A stretch of 64,000 nucleotides of DNA, from NCBI GenBank assembly GCA_965205975.1, contig OZ242195.1, positions 3,744,001 through 3,808,000 of the forward strand. The letters run 5' to 3'. The position numbers and the translations under genes are program-made. The notes under the pieces were generated by a model. The model had not been told where the DNA came from. It was given only the letters and a program-made list of their open reading frames with translations, and did not search any database. Positions 20,074 through 30,012 of this stretch are shown in pieces. Source of the DNA: Candidatus Latescibacterota bacterium (lineage in GTDB: Bacteria > Latescibacterota > UBA2968). How positions within the stretch are numbered: position 1 is the stretch's first letter; each line of letters starts with the position of its first letter.

Positions 20074-21258
20074 ATGATTTTTCGCATATTGCTATCCGTC
20101 GCATTACTCTCTGCGAGCAGTGCCATCGCCGACCCTTCCAAAATCGCCTTTTGGAATACGCAGCGCAAAGGCGCCAATCAACAAAATGCACAACACCGTC
20201 CCGAATGGTACGTCGCAGCCAGAGAATTGGGATTGGACTATGTACGCCTCCTACCCGATGCATGGCCCGCCGAAGGCAGGGACTTCCTGATTGGCAATGC
20301 GGACAACTTCGAGGCACTCAACGAAACCGACATATCCCTATTGATCAAAGCACTCGACCAAGCCGAACGCAACGGGATCAAAGTCGTGCTCACAATGCTC
20401 AGCTTACCCGGCGCACGCTGGAAACAACTAAACAATGACAAGGATGATGCGCGGCTCTGGAAAGACAAAAAATATCATCTCCAGGCCTTCGAGTTCTGGC
20501 GCCAACTCGCCGCACACCTGAAAACACACCCCGCCATCGTGGCCTACAATCCCCTCAACGAACCACACCCGGACAAGGCATTCGGCTTTGATGCGCCAGA
20601 AGAAAAATTCGCCCAGTGGTTCAAGCGCATCCAGAACACGCCAGCCGACCTCAACCAATTCAACCGGGAAATGGTCAAAGCAATCCGATCCGTAGATAAG
20701 GACACCCCCATCATCCTCGACGGCTGGTTCTATGCATCTCCCAGGGCATTCGACTACAATCGACCCGTTGACGATGACAAGGTCTTATACGCCTTTCATA
20801 ACCCCGGACCCTGGCAAATGGTAACCTATCGCGTCAATAAAGGCAGATACGCCTATCCGAACCGCGTGCCCAAATCGTGGAACGGACCAACAGAATCCTG
20901 GACCATTGATCGCCTTGCGCAGCAAATGCACGCAGTTCAACAATTTTCCGAACAATACAACATACCCGCACATCGAATAATCGCCTCGGAATTCTGGTAC
21001 GACCGTCGCCTTGAAGGCGCGGCAGCATATATGGCCGACCTCATCGAAATCTATAACCAGCGCGACTGGCACTGGGCTTTTTATGCATTTCGCGGCAGCG
21101 GCACATGGACGGGACTCGATTATGAAATCGCGCCAGGTCAAAAAATGGGATGGCGTTACTGGCAGGCGATTGAACAGGGCAAAGATCCCGAACCTCTCAA
21201 ACCGAGAGGACCGAACCCCTTGTGGGAAATACTGCAGCGGCAGTTTGAAAAAAAATGA
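20074..21258 (+). CDS. Glycoside hydrolase family 5 (cellulase family), secreted
   Basis: Signal peptide; acid/base LNEPH; nucleophile ASEF; HWAFYAFR. Confidence 0.85.
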   Translation: MIFRILLSVALLSASSAIADPSKIAFWNTQRKGANQQNAQHRPEWYVAARELGLDYVRLLPDAWPAEGRDFLIGNADNFEALNETDISLLIKALDQAERNGIKVVLTMLSLPGARWKQLNNDKDDARLWKDKKYHLQAFEFWRQLAAHLKTHPAIVAYNPLNEPHPDKAFGFDAPEEKFAQWFKRIQNTPADLNQFNREMVKAIRSVDKDTPIILDGWFYASPRAFDYNRPVDDDKVLYAFHNPGPWQMVTYRVNKGRYAYPNRVPKSWNGPTESWTIDRLAQQMHAVQQFSEQYNIPAHRIIASEFWYDRRLEGAAAYMADLIEIYNQRDWHWAFYAFRGSGTWTGLDYEIAPGQKMGWRYWQAIEQGKDPEPLKPRGPNPLWEILQRQFEKK

Positions 21259-21278
21259 ATCGGTTGTCCTGTCTTACT

Positions 21279-21629
21279 CTATCGTGTGATATACCTGGGA
21301 CGATTGATGGCTTCTGCGACCTGGATATGTGCTACATCCTCGGTTTTCGGACGTACGACGATATCGATGTCCCGGCCTAATGCCCGCAAGAAAGACAACA
21401 GACGCTCGATAGAAAATCCGGCCAATCGTCCATTCTTAAGTGCAGAGACTTTGGGTTGGTCGATACCGAGAACACCTGCGGCTTTTTTTTGAGTCCAACC
21501 CTTCTGTCCAATGATTTTATTAATTTGAATTGCCAGATTTGATTTTGCCAATTCCTCTTCTGGGCGATCAAATCCCAAATCCTTAAAAACATTGCCGGAC
21601 CCGACTGTGTAGTCTGCTTTTTCGCTCAT
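21279..21629 (-). CDS. XRE-family HTH antitoxin (HigA-like)
   Basis: GSGNVFKDLGF and HTH TQKKAAGVLGIDQPKVSAL..G..FSIERL. Confidence 0.88.
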   Translation of the reverse strand: MSEKADYTVGSGNVFKDLGFDRPEEELAKSNLAIQINKIIGQKGWTQKKAAGVLGIDQPKVSALKNGRLAGFSIERLLSFLRALGRDIDIVVRPKTEDVAHIQVAEAINRPRYITR

Positions 21630-21985
21630 ATTCTGTTTTCCTTTGCAATGTGTTGTGCAATCTGCAAACGTCTCTTTATCATATCCAGATCGCGTTTTGT
21701 TGTTGCGATACCGCGTTTTGATTTTTTTTGAAAGACGTGCAATACATAAATGTTGTCATCGATTTTTATTGCATAAACTGCTCGATAAGTGTTTGTTGCA
21801 TAATCGCTGACAATTTCAATGACGCCAGAAAAGCCCTTTAACGTCTTTGCTTTATGAGATCTTTCTCCAACTTCCTCCAGGTGAAGCGCGTGCCCAATTT
21901 CTCGTCTCACTGCGCCTGGAAGTTTCCGCAGGTCTCTTAGCGATGAACCGATCCAGATAATGGGTCTTTGTGGTTTTGCATCCAT
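21626..21985 (-). CDS. RelE/ParE superfamily toxin (HigB/Gp49-like)
   Basis: WIGSS..DL, YRAVY, IYVLHVFQKKSKRG..T; toxin-first order with ATGA overlap. Confidence 0.88.
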   Translation of the reverse strand: MDAKPQRPIIWIGSSLRDLRKLPGAVRREIGHALHLEEVGERSHKAKTLKGFSGVIEIVSDYATNTYRAVYAIKIDDNIYVLHVFQKKSKRGIATTKRDLDMIKRRLQIAQHIAKENRI

Positions 21986-21990
21986 AATAG

Positions 21991-22016
21991 ATAATATGCT
22001 AAATTTAGCATATTAT
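21991..22016. promoter_or_regulatory. Perfect 26-bp palindrome, probable antitoxin operator
   Basis: ATAATATGCTAAATTTAGCATATTAT equals its reverse complement and lies 5 nt upstream of the toxin start. Confidence 0.75.
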
Positions 22017-22055
22017 TGCAATAGAGATGATGTATTTTATTCCCAGGAGGTATTA

Positions 22056-22835
22056 ATGTCATTGTTTTCACTCGAAGGTCGCGTCGCCATAGTAACTGGA
22101 GCGGGGCGTGGTATTGGACGCGGTATTGCAGAGGGATTAGCTGCACAGGGCGCGAAAATCGTATGTGCTGCGCGCACGCGGTCTCAACTTGACGAAGTCG
22201 TAGCCACAATTCGACAAGCGGGAGGCGACGCGCTCGCTTATGAAATGGACATGAAAGACCTGAACTCCGTGCGCGGTGGCGTCGATACAGCACTCGAAAC
22301 GTATGGACAAATCGATATCCTCGTCAACAACGCGGGAATGAACATACGCGAGCCATTTGAAGACGTAACAGAAGAACACTACGACGAAATCATGGCCGTC
22401 AACTTGAAGGGCCTCTACTTCTTAACACAGACCGTAGTCAAACACATGATCTCGCGCAAACAGGGCAAAATCATCCACATCGGCTCTTTGACAACCGACT
22501 GGTCCTTGTCGCAAATTTCCGTCTATACCGCCACCAAAGGCGCCGTTGGACAACTCGCGAAAGCCCAGGCATTAGAACTGGGCAAACACAACATCCAGGT
22601 AAACACAATATGCCCGGGCTTTGTGGTCACGCCATTGACCGAGCGGCTCTGGGAAAATGATACAATGCGCGAATGGGGAGAATCCCGTCTGCCCATAAAG
22701 CGACTGGCAACACCTGAAGACCTCGTCGGCACAGCCGTATTCCTCGCCGCACCCGCATCGGATTATGTCACCGGACAATCCATCTACGTAGATGGCGGAT
22801 TCATGGCCGGCGAAGCCTGGCCCTTGCCGGAGTAA
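22056..22835 (+). CDS. SDR oxidoreductase (gluconate 5-dehydrogenase-like)
   Basis: TGAGRGIG, NNAG, YTATK; AGGAGG RBS before ATG 22056. Confidence 0.88.
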   Translation: MSLFSLEGRVAIVTGAGRGIGRGIAEGLAAQGAKIVCAARTRSQLDEVVATIRQAGGDALAYEMDMKDLNSVRGGVDTALETYGQIDILVNNAGMNIREPFEDVTEEHYDEIMAVNLKGLYFLTQTVVKHMISRKQGKIIHIGSLTTDWSLSQISVYTATKGAVGQLAKAQALELGKHNIQVNTICPGFVVTPLTERLWENDTMREWGESRLPIKRLATPEDLVGTAVFLAAPASDYVTGQSIYVDGGFMAGEAWPLPE

Positions 22836-22845
22836 AGGGGGAACA

Positions 22846-23844
22846 ATGGCACAATATGGCGTACAACAAGAGGACTTTCACGGACACGCGCTCTACGTAC
22901 TGCGCGATTTCGAAACCAATTGTGAAGCCCGGATCCTGCCCTCGGTGGGCAACAACTGCATCTCGTACAAAATCTCAAAAGATGATGGCCTGTTAGAACT
23001 CATTTACTCCCCACCCGATCCCGACACCTTGAAAGGCCGTGCCAGCGGATACGGCACCCCCATATTATACCCCTGGCCCAACCGCATAGACGGCGGCAAA
23101 TTCACATTTGAAGGCGTGAAATACCAGCTCCAAACCCCTGCCCCAGGCGAACACGCCTCTCACGGCTATGTCCACGAACGCCCCTGGCGCGTAGTCGAAA
23201 CTGGCACCGCAGAAGGTGCGTGGGTAACCAGCGTCTTCACATCAACGGACTTCCCGGAAATCGGCGCACACTATCCCTTCCCCTTTGAAGCGCGGGTAAC
23301 ATATCGACTGAAAGACAGAATACTACACCTCGAATTTGAAGGCACCAACGTCGGCGACAGCGACATGCCCGCTGGCCTGGGTATCCATCCCTATTTCCCT
23401 CTACCCCTCACTGAAAGTGGCAACCGGGATTTATGCACCGTGCGCATGCCAGTCTCAACGTACTGGCCCTTGCGCGACGACCCGATACCCACAGGAGAAG
23501 TACTACCCGTTGACGGCACGGTATTTGACGTACGCGAAAACACCCTTTTAAAAGACCGGTATTACGACAACGTCTGGTCCGGCGTATCTATAGCCGATGG
23601 ATGGAGCAGATGCGAGTATATCGACCCAACCGAAGGCGTAACCATCGCAATGGAAGCCAATGACATATTCCGCGAACTCGTACTCTACGCCCCCGACACC
23701 CGTCCCATCGTATGCTTTGAACCCTACACCTGTGTCACCAACGCCTTCAATTTGCAAAACCAGGGCATTGACGCGGGCCTGATACGCCTCCAACCCGGTG
23801 AAAAACTAACTGGAATAATGCGAATTTTAGGTGAATTATTGTAG
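22846..23844 (+). CDS. Aldose 1-epimerase family protein
   Basis: PILYPWPNRI, HG, HPYF, YDN, CFEP. Confidence 0.9.
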   Translation: MAQYGVQQEDFHGHALYVLRDFETNCEARILPSVGNNCISYKISKDDGLLELIYSPPDPDTLKGRASGYGTPILYPWPNRIDGGKFTFEGVKYQLQTPAPGEHASHGYVHERPWRVVETGTAEGAWVTSVFTSTDFPEIGAHYPFPFEARVTYRLKDRILHLEFEGTNVGDSDMPAGLGIHPYFPLPLTESGNRDLCTVRMPVSTYWPLRDDPIPTGEVLPVDGTVFDVRENTLLKDRYYDNVWSGVSIADGWSRCEYIDPTEGVTIAMEANDIFRELVLYAPDTRPIVCFEPYTCVTNAFNLQNQGIDAGLIRLQPGEKLTGIMRILGELL

Positions 23845-23902
23845 GGGCGATCCCTTGTGGTCGCCCGCTAACGGCTGGGACGGCACAAGGGCCGTCCCCT
23901 AC
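23841..23902. repeat. REP doublet (inverted GTAG-type pair, type A + type B)
   Basis: GTAGGGGCGATCCCTTGTGGTCGCCC-gctaacggct-GGGACGGCACAAGGGCCGTCCCCTAC. Confidence 0.85.
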
Positions 23903-23926
23903 CGCTGATCGCTGAAAGCTTTTATC

Positions 23927-24520
23927 ATGACCGACCGATTACAACAACAAATCGCATTTCTCCTCGAAATCGATAAACTCAAGCAAATCATTCGGCAAAC
24001 CTATTTGCTCGACGAAACACGCAAAGAAAACGACGCCGAACACTCCTGGCATTTTGCCATGTTTGCGCTCATCCTCGCGGAATATGCGCCCGAACCAGTG
24101 GATATCCTGAAAGTAATCAAAATGGCACTGGTACACGACCTCGTGGAAATCGACGCGGGCGACACCTTTCTCTACGACGAATCGGGCAATGCCGACAAAG
24201 CCGAACGCGAAGCAAAAGCTGCCGACCGCATCTTTGCGCTCTTGCCTGCAGAACAAGGCACAGAAATACGCGCGTTATGGGAAGAATTTGAAGCAAAAGA
24301 AACGCCCGAAGCAAAATTCGCGGGCGCGCTGGACCGCTTCCAACCCTTTCTGCACAATTGCAACACCCAGGGACGCGCCTGGCGAGAGCACGGAATCACT
24401 GCCGACCGCGTCTTGCAAAGCAACAGTCATATCTCAATCGGCGCGCCAGTTCTATGGAACCGCGTACAGGAATTGGTTGATGAAATGGTCAATGAAGGAT
24501 ATATTGATCTTGGGAAATAG
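23927..24520 (+). CDS. HD-domain phosphohydrolase (YfbR/HDDC2-like)
   Basis: ENDAEHSWH, ALVHDLVEIDAGD, WEEFE..ETPEA.F..ALDR. Confidence 0.9.
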   Translation: MTDRLQQQIAFLLEIDKLKQIIRQTYLLDETRKENDAEHSWHFAMFALILAEYAPEPVDILKVIKMALVHDLVEIDAGDTFLYDESGNADKAEREAKAADRIFALLPAEQGTEIRALWEEFEAKETPEAKFAGALDRFQPFLHNCNTQGRAWREHGITADRVLQSNSHISIGAPVLWNRVQELVDEMVNEGYIDLGK

Positions 24521-24583
24521 AGGGGCTAATAAATCACACAGTACTCTATAAAATCGTTAGACATGATACGAGGTGATCATAAA

Positions 24584-24793
24584 GTGAACTGGGATAAATG
24601 CACAGCCGTCGAACGACATCCGGCCAAAGTGAGCGGAGCCTGGGTATTTCGTGGAACGCGCGTCCCTGTATATGCCCTGTTCGAAAATCTTCGAGAAGGT
24701 GCTTCCGTTGAGCAGTTTCTCGATTGGTTCCACGGCGTCGAAGAATGGCAGGTGAAAGCTGTTCTGGACCACGAAGCAAAGGCCATGAAATAA
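24584..24793 (+). CDS. DUF433 domain protein (antitoxin-like), orphan
   Basis: SGAWVFRGTRVPV..LFENL..GAS..QFLDWF; GAGG RBS before GTG. Confidence 0.85.
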   Translation: MNWDKCTAVERHPAKVSGAWVFRGTRVPVYALFENLREGASVEQFLDWFHGVEEWQVKAVLDHEAKAMK

Positions 24794-24850
24794 CCCAGGT
24801 GATTACAAAGAAATTTCGATCTGATGCAACTCAAATAGAGGGGCGAAGTG

Positions 24851-25066
24851 ATGCACAAGCCAATAAAAACAGAAGCAGATTACAAAGCCGCCCTCGCGCG
24901 TGCAGACGAGATTTTTGATGCAAAACCGGGAACATCAGAGGGTGAAGAGTTGGATTCACTCGTTACTTTGATTGAGCATTACGAAGATACAGCCTACCCA
25001 ATTGACCTGCCCGACCCAATTACGGCCATCAAGTTTCGGATGGCGCAGCAGGGGCTAAAGGACTGA
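24851..25066 (+). pseudogene. Truncated HigA-type antitoxin (N-terminal half only)
   Basis: KPIKTEADY..AL...PGT.EG.EL..LVTLIE.YE...YPI.LPDPI.AIKFRM.QQGL, then a stop where the HTH should begin. Confidence 0.8.
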
Positions 25067-25068
25067 GC

Positions 25069-26196
25069 ATGAGAAGCAATCTCAAAAAAATAACTCTCAA
25101 GGGCTTCAAGACCATTCAATCGCTGGAGGATTTCGAGCCTGGTCGTTTGACGGCACTTATCGGTCCCAACAGCGTTGGCAAGTCCAACTTTATCTCCTTC
25201 TTTCACATGATGAGTTGGGCATTGGCCGCCCCGGGCAATCTTGAGCTTTTCGTGAGTCAACAAGGGGGTGCCAGTACCCTTTTGCACGATGGTCCCGCCA
25301 GAACCCGTGAGATAGAAACCGAAATAACACTTCAGACTGACGCCGGTGAAAACCAGTACGCTTTCAGGCTGGTTTTTGCAGCAGGAGATACGTTAATTTT
25401 CGCTGACGAGCGATACCGATTCTCTCGCTCCAAATACCCCACCATCGCAAAGTGGACCGAGACGAGAGCAGGCTACCACGATCCGCAACTCCCCATTTTG
25501 GCCGCAGAGGATACCACTGCCCGCGTCATTCGCGACATCCTGCGGAAAATCGTCGTATATCAATTTCATAACACGTCGGATACTGCCCGCATCAGAAGCA
25601 AGTGGTCAATGCATGATAACCGATGGCTGAAGGAAGATGCTGCCAATATCGCGCCGGTATTGCTTCGCTTGAGGGAGAACGACGGTAAGTGCTACCAGCG
25701 AATTGTAGATACCATCCGCCTGATCGTGCCTTTCTTTTCCGACTTTGAACTGGAACCGCAATATGACAGTCTTCTTTTGGGCTGGCGAGAAAGAAACAGC
25801 GACCAGGTATTCAGCGTATCGCAAGCATCGGATGGTATGTTGCGAATTATAGCACTCGTGACACTGCTCCTTCAACCAGAACAGGATTTGCCGGATGTTT
25901 TGATTCTCGACGAACCAGAACTCGGGCTGCATCCCTACGCCATTAACATAGTTGGGGGCCTGATACGCGCCGTATCAACCCGCATACAGGTCATTCTCGC
26001 TACACAATCCATGCCGCTGGTCGATTGCTTTGAGCCAGAAGACATCGTCGTTGTCGAACGCGACGGGCGCAGTTCTACTTTCAAGCGGTTGGACTCCGAA
26101 TCTCTGGGCGGATGGCTTGAAAACTATTCAATTTCCGAGTTGTGGGAAAAAAACGTATTCGGTGGATTATCGCCGAAATTCCTGAGTATGCAGTAA
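25069..26196 (+). CDS. AAA_21-like (ABC/SMC-type) ATPase of the kind paired with DUF4276
   Basis: GFKTI, GPNSVGKS, YQFH, SDGMLR, LILDEPELGLHP, ATQS, SELWEKNVFGG. Confidence 0.85.
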   Translation: MRSNLKKITLKGFKTIQSLEDFEPGRLTALIGPNSVGKSNFISFFHMMSWALAAPGNLELFVSQQGGASTLLHDGPARTREIETEITLQTDAGENQYAFRLVFAAGDTLIFADERYRFSRSKYPTIAKWTETRAGYHDPQLPILAAEDTTARVIRDILRKIVVYQFHNTSDTARIRSKWSMHDNRWLKEDAANIAPVLLRLRENDGKCYQRIVDTIRLIVPFFSDFELEPQYDSLLLGWRERNSDQVFSVSQASDGMLRIIALVTLLLQPEQDLPDVLILDEPELGLHPYAINIVGGLIRAVSTRIQVILATQSMPLVDCFEPEDIVVVERDGRSSTFKRLDSESLGGWLENYSISELWEKNVFGGLSPKFLSMQ

Positions 26197-26342
26197 TGAA
26201 GGTATCAGCTGGTCCCATTATAGCGGAGAGAATAGGACTACATACCTTGCGAACAAAATGCGAACATTTCACCAGATGGCTTGATAAGCTGGAATCTCTG
26301 ATGCCGAAAAATAATGGCCAAAAATGGGAGGACCAACCATGA
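26166..26342 (+). pseudogene. C-terminal remnant of a DUF4276-like partner
   Basis: Another frame reads IIAEIPEY..KVSAGPIIAERIGL..LR.KC.HF..WL.KLE, resembling the DUF4276 C-terminus; there is no room for its N-terminal part. Confidence 0.65.
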
Positions 26343-28195
26343 GCCAGACACTCAAGGACTTATTGAATGACAGTTTTGACCGGCATGCGGATCGCACGGC
26401 GGTACGCGTATTGCGTCAGCCAGAGGAGCCTGGCGAAAGGCGATTGCAATATGTGCCGTTGACCTATCTGCAGTTAAAGACACAGCGAGACCGATTGGCC
26501 TCGGGCCTGGCGCAAATAGGACTGGAAAAAGGACAGCGCATCGGGCTATTGACCGATGGCGGTCTGGAATCTGTCCTGGTCTTCTTATCCTGCGACATAC
26601 TGGGATTATCGGCAGTGCCAATCTGCAACAAATTGCCCGATGATCTGCTCGTACACAGCATCAACCACTCGGGCATTGCCTATTTGTTCACAGATACGAG
26701 AAGTTTGGAACAGGTCGAGCGCGTGCGCGACCAACTGACCAATCCCCCTCAGATCGTCCTGACAGAAGGACAAGGCGATAACGCACGCTCATTCTTTGAA
26801 CTAACCCAAAAAGGCGCAGAATCACCGCCCCCAGACATAGCAATAGAACCCGATGACGAATCGAAAATCGTGTACACATCGGGATCATCAGGTCTTCCCA
26901 AAGGCGTGGTTCAAACCCATCGCAATCTCGTCGGCAATATCCTGTCCGTATGGGATACGATCAGCAACCGCGACCCGCTCATCTTATTCAAATCCGCGCC
27001 CGACTATCACACCATGGGCATATTAAATATCTATTACCCCCTATCAAAAGGCTGGACACTGGACCTGGCGCGGTCACCAGATCGCGTACTCGTAGATATT
27101 CGATATTCTGAACCCCATGGCTTTTTAACTGTCCCCCTGATCTTAGACAAAGTATTTGGCAACGTGCGAAAAGAAATCGATGCCGGTGGTGCAAAAGGCG
27201 CATTGGTCGCCCGGTCAGTGCGCGCCAAACAGCGCGTTGCACGCGGTGAAGCATCGATCATCGACCACCTCGTCAATGCCACACTGGGCAAAAAGGTCGT
27301 CGGACAAATCAAAGAAAAACTCTCCCAACGCGTGGGCAGCCGCCTCGAATTGTTAATCGTCGGCTCGGCAAAAGCCGACCCCGAAGCCCTCGACTTTTTC
27401 CAGGACGTACTGGACATCACCTCGCTCGAAGGCTATGGCGTCACCGAATGCAGCCCCCTGATCGCGGCAAATGTCCTGACCGGACAAAAAACAGGCACCG
27501 TTGGAAAGCCATTACAAGAAGTAAAAATCATCTCCGAAACAGGCGAGGAAATCGCTCACGGTGATCCAAAAACAAAAACCTATCGCGGCAGCGGCGATGG
27601 CATTGGCGAATTGTGGGTACACGGCAACCACGTCATGACGGGGTACCTCAACGACCCCGAACGCACCGCCGAAGTACTCGTAACCGATGAAGACGGCAAA
27701 GTGTGGTATCGCACAGGTGATGTGTTCAGCATGGACGACGAGGGATTTTTGACATTCCAGGGGCGCGTTGGACGGCAATTTAAATTGAGCAACGGCGAAT
27801 TTGTCAACCCAGAACGTCTCGAACGCATATTCGCTCGCGCATCGCTCATCGAACACGTCTTAATCTGCGGCGACCAGACCCGCACATTCCCACTTCCCGT
27901 TATAACCGTAAATGTAGAAGAAGCCCAATTGCAAACAGATATTCCCGATCTGCCCACAGACGACGAGGAAGCATTGTGCAGCCACCCCGCAATAGCCGAA
28001 CGCATTCGCGAGCAATTATTAAAAGAAGCCACAGCATCTGGCCTTCCCGCGCACGAGCGCCCGCAAAAAGTACTGATCTTGCCAGACCAGTTAAGCGAAG
28101 AAACGGGAACCCTCACGCGGGGACTGAAAAAGGTCGTACCCGGTAGAATAGAAGAAATTTACGAAAAAGAAATCGCCGAAGCGTATGATGGATAA
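26339..28195 (+). CDS. AMP-dependent long-chain fatty acid--CoA ligase
   Basis: YTSGSSGLPKG, EGYGVTE, YRTGD, GEFVNPE; GGGAGG RBS. Confidence 0.88.
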   Translation: MSQTLKDLLNDSFDRHADRTAVRVLRQPEEPGERRLQYVPLTYLQLKTQRDRLASGLAQIGLEKGQRIGLLTDGGLESVLVFLSCDILGLSAVPICNKLPDDLLVHSINHSGIAYLFTDTRSLEQVERVRDQLTNPPQIVLTEGQGDNARSFFELTQKGAESPPPDIAIEPDDESKIVYTSGSSGLPKGVVQTHRNLVGNILSVWDTISNRDPLILFKSAPDYHTMGILNIYYPLSKGWTLDLARSPDRVLVDIRYSEPHGFLTVPLILDKVFGNVRKEIDAGGAKGALVARSVRAKQRVARGEASIIDHLVNATLGKKVVGQIKEKLSQRVGSRLELLIVGSAKADPEALDFFQDVLDITSLEGYGVTECSPLIAANVLTGQKTGTVGKPLQEVKIISETGEEIAHGDPKTKTYRGSGDGIGELWVHGNHVMTGYLNDPERTAEVLVTDEDGKVWYRTGDVFSMDDEGFLTFQGRVGRQFKLSNGEFVNPERLERIFARASLIEHVLICGDQTRTFPLPVITVNVEEAQLQTDIPDLPTDDEEALCSHPAIAERIREQLLKEATASGLPAHERPQKVLILPDQLSEETGTLTRGLKKVVPGRIEEIYEKEIAEAYDG

Positions 28196-28211
28196 ACCCA
28201 AAACCTTATGG

Positions 28212-28319
28212 ATCCACAGATGGACGCAGATAAACGCAGATAAAAGGCAAAGGCGAATAAGCTAATTGAGTACCCCCCTGCTATCTGTGTCATCTGTGTC
28301 ATCTGCGTTATCTGCGGAT
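28212..28319. repeat. Miniature inverted element with CGCAGAT / ATCTGYG microrepeat arms
   Basis: Left arm atccacagatggacgcagataaacgcagataa; right arm tatctgtgtcatctgtgtcatctgcgttatctgcggat; short non-coding spacer. Confidence 0.75.
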
Positions 28320-28326
28320 GCTTTTT

Positions 28327-29361
28327 ATGCCAATTTTAAACCCCGATAACCTGCGGCGCATTGGCCGCGAAGTCTTCGAACGCATAGGCGCAACACCCGA
28401 AGAAGCCCGAATTGTAGCCGATCTGCTCGTAGCCTCCAATCTCGCGGGGCACGACTCGCACGGCGTAGTCCGCATACCACAATACGTATCCGGAGTACAG
28501 AGCGGTCAAATACAGCTCGGAACAACCGTGGAAATCGAACGGGAAACCGATGCAACAGCCGTCGTAAACGGACACTGGGGATTTGGGCATGTAACCGCAA
28601 CAGAAGCCATGCATATCGCCATCCAAAAAGCCCGAAAAAGTGCTGTCGGCATCGCAACAGTACATCAGTGCAATCACATCGGGAGATTGGGTGGCTATCC
28701 CGTCCTCGCCGCGGCTGAAAACATGGCCGGACTGATGAGCAACAACGGTCACGGTGCCGACCTCTCAATGGCACCCTGGGGAGGACTGGGACGCATCTTG
28801 CCCGCGAACTGCCTCGCCGTTGCATTTCCTTCGGACCGCGACTTCCCCATTGCGCTGGACTTAACCGCAGCGACCGCAGCAGGTGGCAAAATGCGGGTCG
28901 CACTGGCCCGGGGCGAGCGCGTACCCGAAAACTGGCTCATCGACACCGAAGGCACCCCCACAACGGATCCCGCCGACTACGTACACGGCAACGCCGCACT
29001 AACGCCCTTTGGCGACCACAAAGGATATGGCCTATCATTCATCTTCGACATCTTATCCGGCGCCCTATCGCCCGCCGGTTGCACCCGCGAAAATTCACCC
29101 GTAACGGGCAACGCCCTATTTGTACAGGCCATTCGCATCGATGCGTTCCAACCCATCTCCGATTTTAAGACCGAAATCGGGCGATTTATCGACTACGTAA
29201 AATCGGCAAAAACCGCACCGGGATTTGACGAAATACTCGTACCCGGCGAACGCTCCTATCGCACGGGTTGTGAACGCGAGGCAAATGGGATTCCCTTAGA
29301 AGAAATGACCTGGGAACAAATTTGCGAGACCGCAAAAAAATTTGATGTAAAAATTCAGTGA
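28327..29361 (+). CDS. Ldh_2 family (malate/L-lactate/ureidoglycolate) dehydrogenase
   Basis: GHDSHG, NHIGRLG, PFGDHKGYGLS, ILVPGE. Confidence 0.9.
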   Translation: MPILNPDNLRRIGREVFERIGATPEEARIVADLLVASNLAGHDSHGVVRIPQYVSGVQSGQIQLGTTVEIERETDATAVVNGHWGFGHVTATEAMHIAIQKARKSAVGIATVHQCNHIGRLGGYPVLAAAENMAGLMSNNGHGADLSMAPWGGLGRILPANCLAVAFPSDRDFPIALDLTAATAAGGKMRVALARGERVPENWLIDTEGTPTTDPADYVHGNAALTPFGDHKGYGLSFIFDILSGALSPAGCTRENSPVTGNALFVQAIRIDAFQPISDFKTEIGRFIDYVKSAKTAPGFDEILVPGERSYRTGCEREANGIPLEEMTWEQICETAKKFDVKIQ

Positions 29362-29380
29362 TTAGTGTTTGGGTGGCCTT

Positions 29381-29902
29381 ATGCATGCACTCAATTTTTG
29401 GAAAACAGTAACAATGGATCAAAGCAATTTTTTAGAGCGTTTGGTCGCTTTGTTGGCAACGCACGATATTGCGTATTGCGTGATTGGTGGGCAAGCTGTC
29501 AACGCATACACTGAACCAGTGGTTAGCTTGGACCTCGATTTGGTTGTTGCTGTCGCACACTTTGACCGCGTTGTGGCCCTATTGGAAGCGAACTTTGAGG
29601 TAAAGGAATTTCCACATAGCCTCAATGTATATCAAAAAGGATCTGATTTGCGCGTACAAATTCAAACGGATGCGCGATATTTTGATTTCCCAGATCGCGC
29701 TGCGCCACAGGAGATCCTCGGTCTTGAACTGCCAGTTGCTTGCCTTGAAGATACATTACAAGGCAAAATATGGGCTGCCATAGATACGGATCGCCGAAGC
29801 AGTAAGCGGCAAAAAGATCTGGCCGATATTGCACGCCTCATTGAAGATCATCCTTTTCTGCAATCGCGTGTTCCGCTGGAGATTCTTGCAAAACTGGTGT
29901 AA
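29381..29902 (+). CDS. Nucleotidyltransferase-fold protein (AbiEii/MNT-like), orphan
   Basis: VIGGQAV...SLDLDLVV (GG..DxD) and R..K..KDLADI. Confidence 0.75.
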   Translation: MHALNFWKTVTMDQSNFLERLVALLATHDIAYCVIGGQAVNAYTEPVVSLDLDLVVAVAHFDRVVALLEANFEVKEFPHSLNVYQKGSDLRVQIQTDARYFDFPDRAAPQEILGLELPVACLEDTLQGKIWAAIDTDRRSSKRQKDLADIARLIEDHPFLQSRVPLEILAKLV

Positions 29903-29907
29903 CGGAC

Positions 29908-29944
29908 AAAAGCCTGACTGATTTACAAAATTGGTCAGGCTTTT
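29908..29944. terminator. Bidirectional terminator
   Basis: aaaagcctgac...gtcaggctttt between convergent genes. Confidence 0.75.
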
Positions 29945-30012
29945 ATTTTTTTTGACGGTCCCGAGTATTTGGGTCTCCGTCTTGTATCTTTGAGTCTTTG
30001 TGTGAGGCCCTC

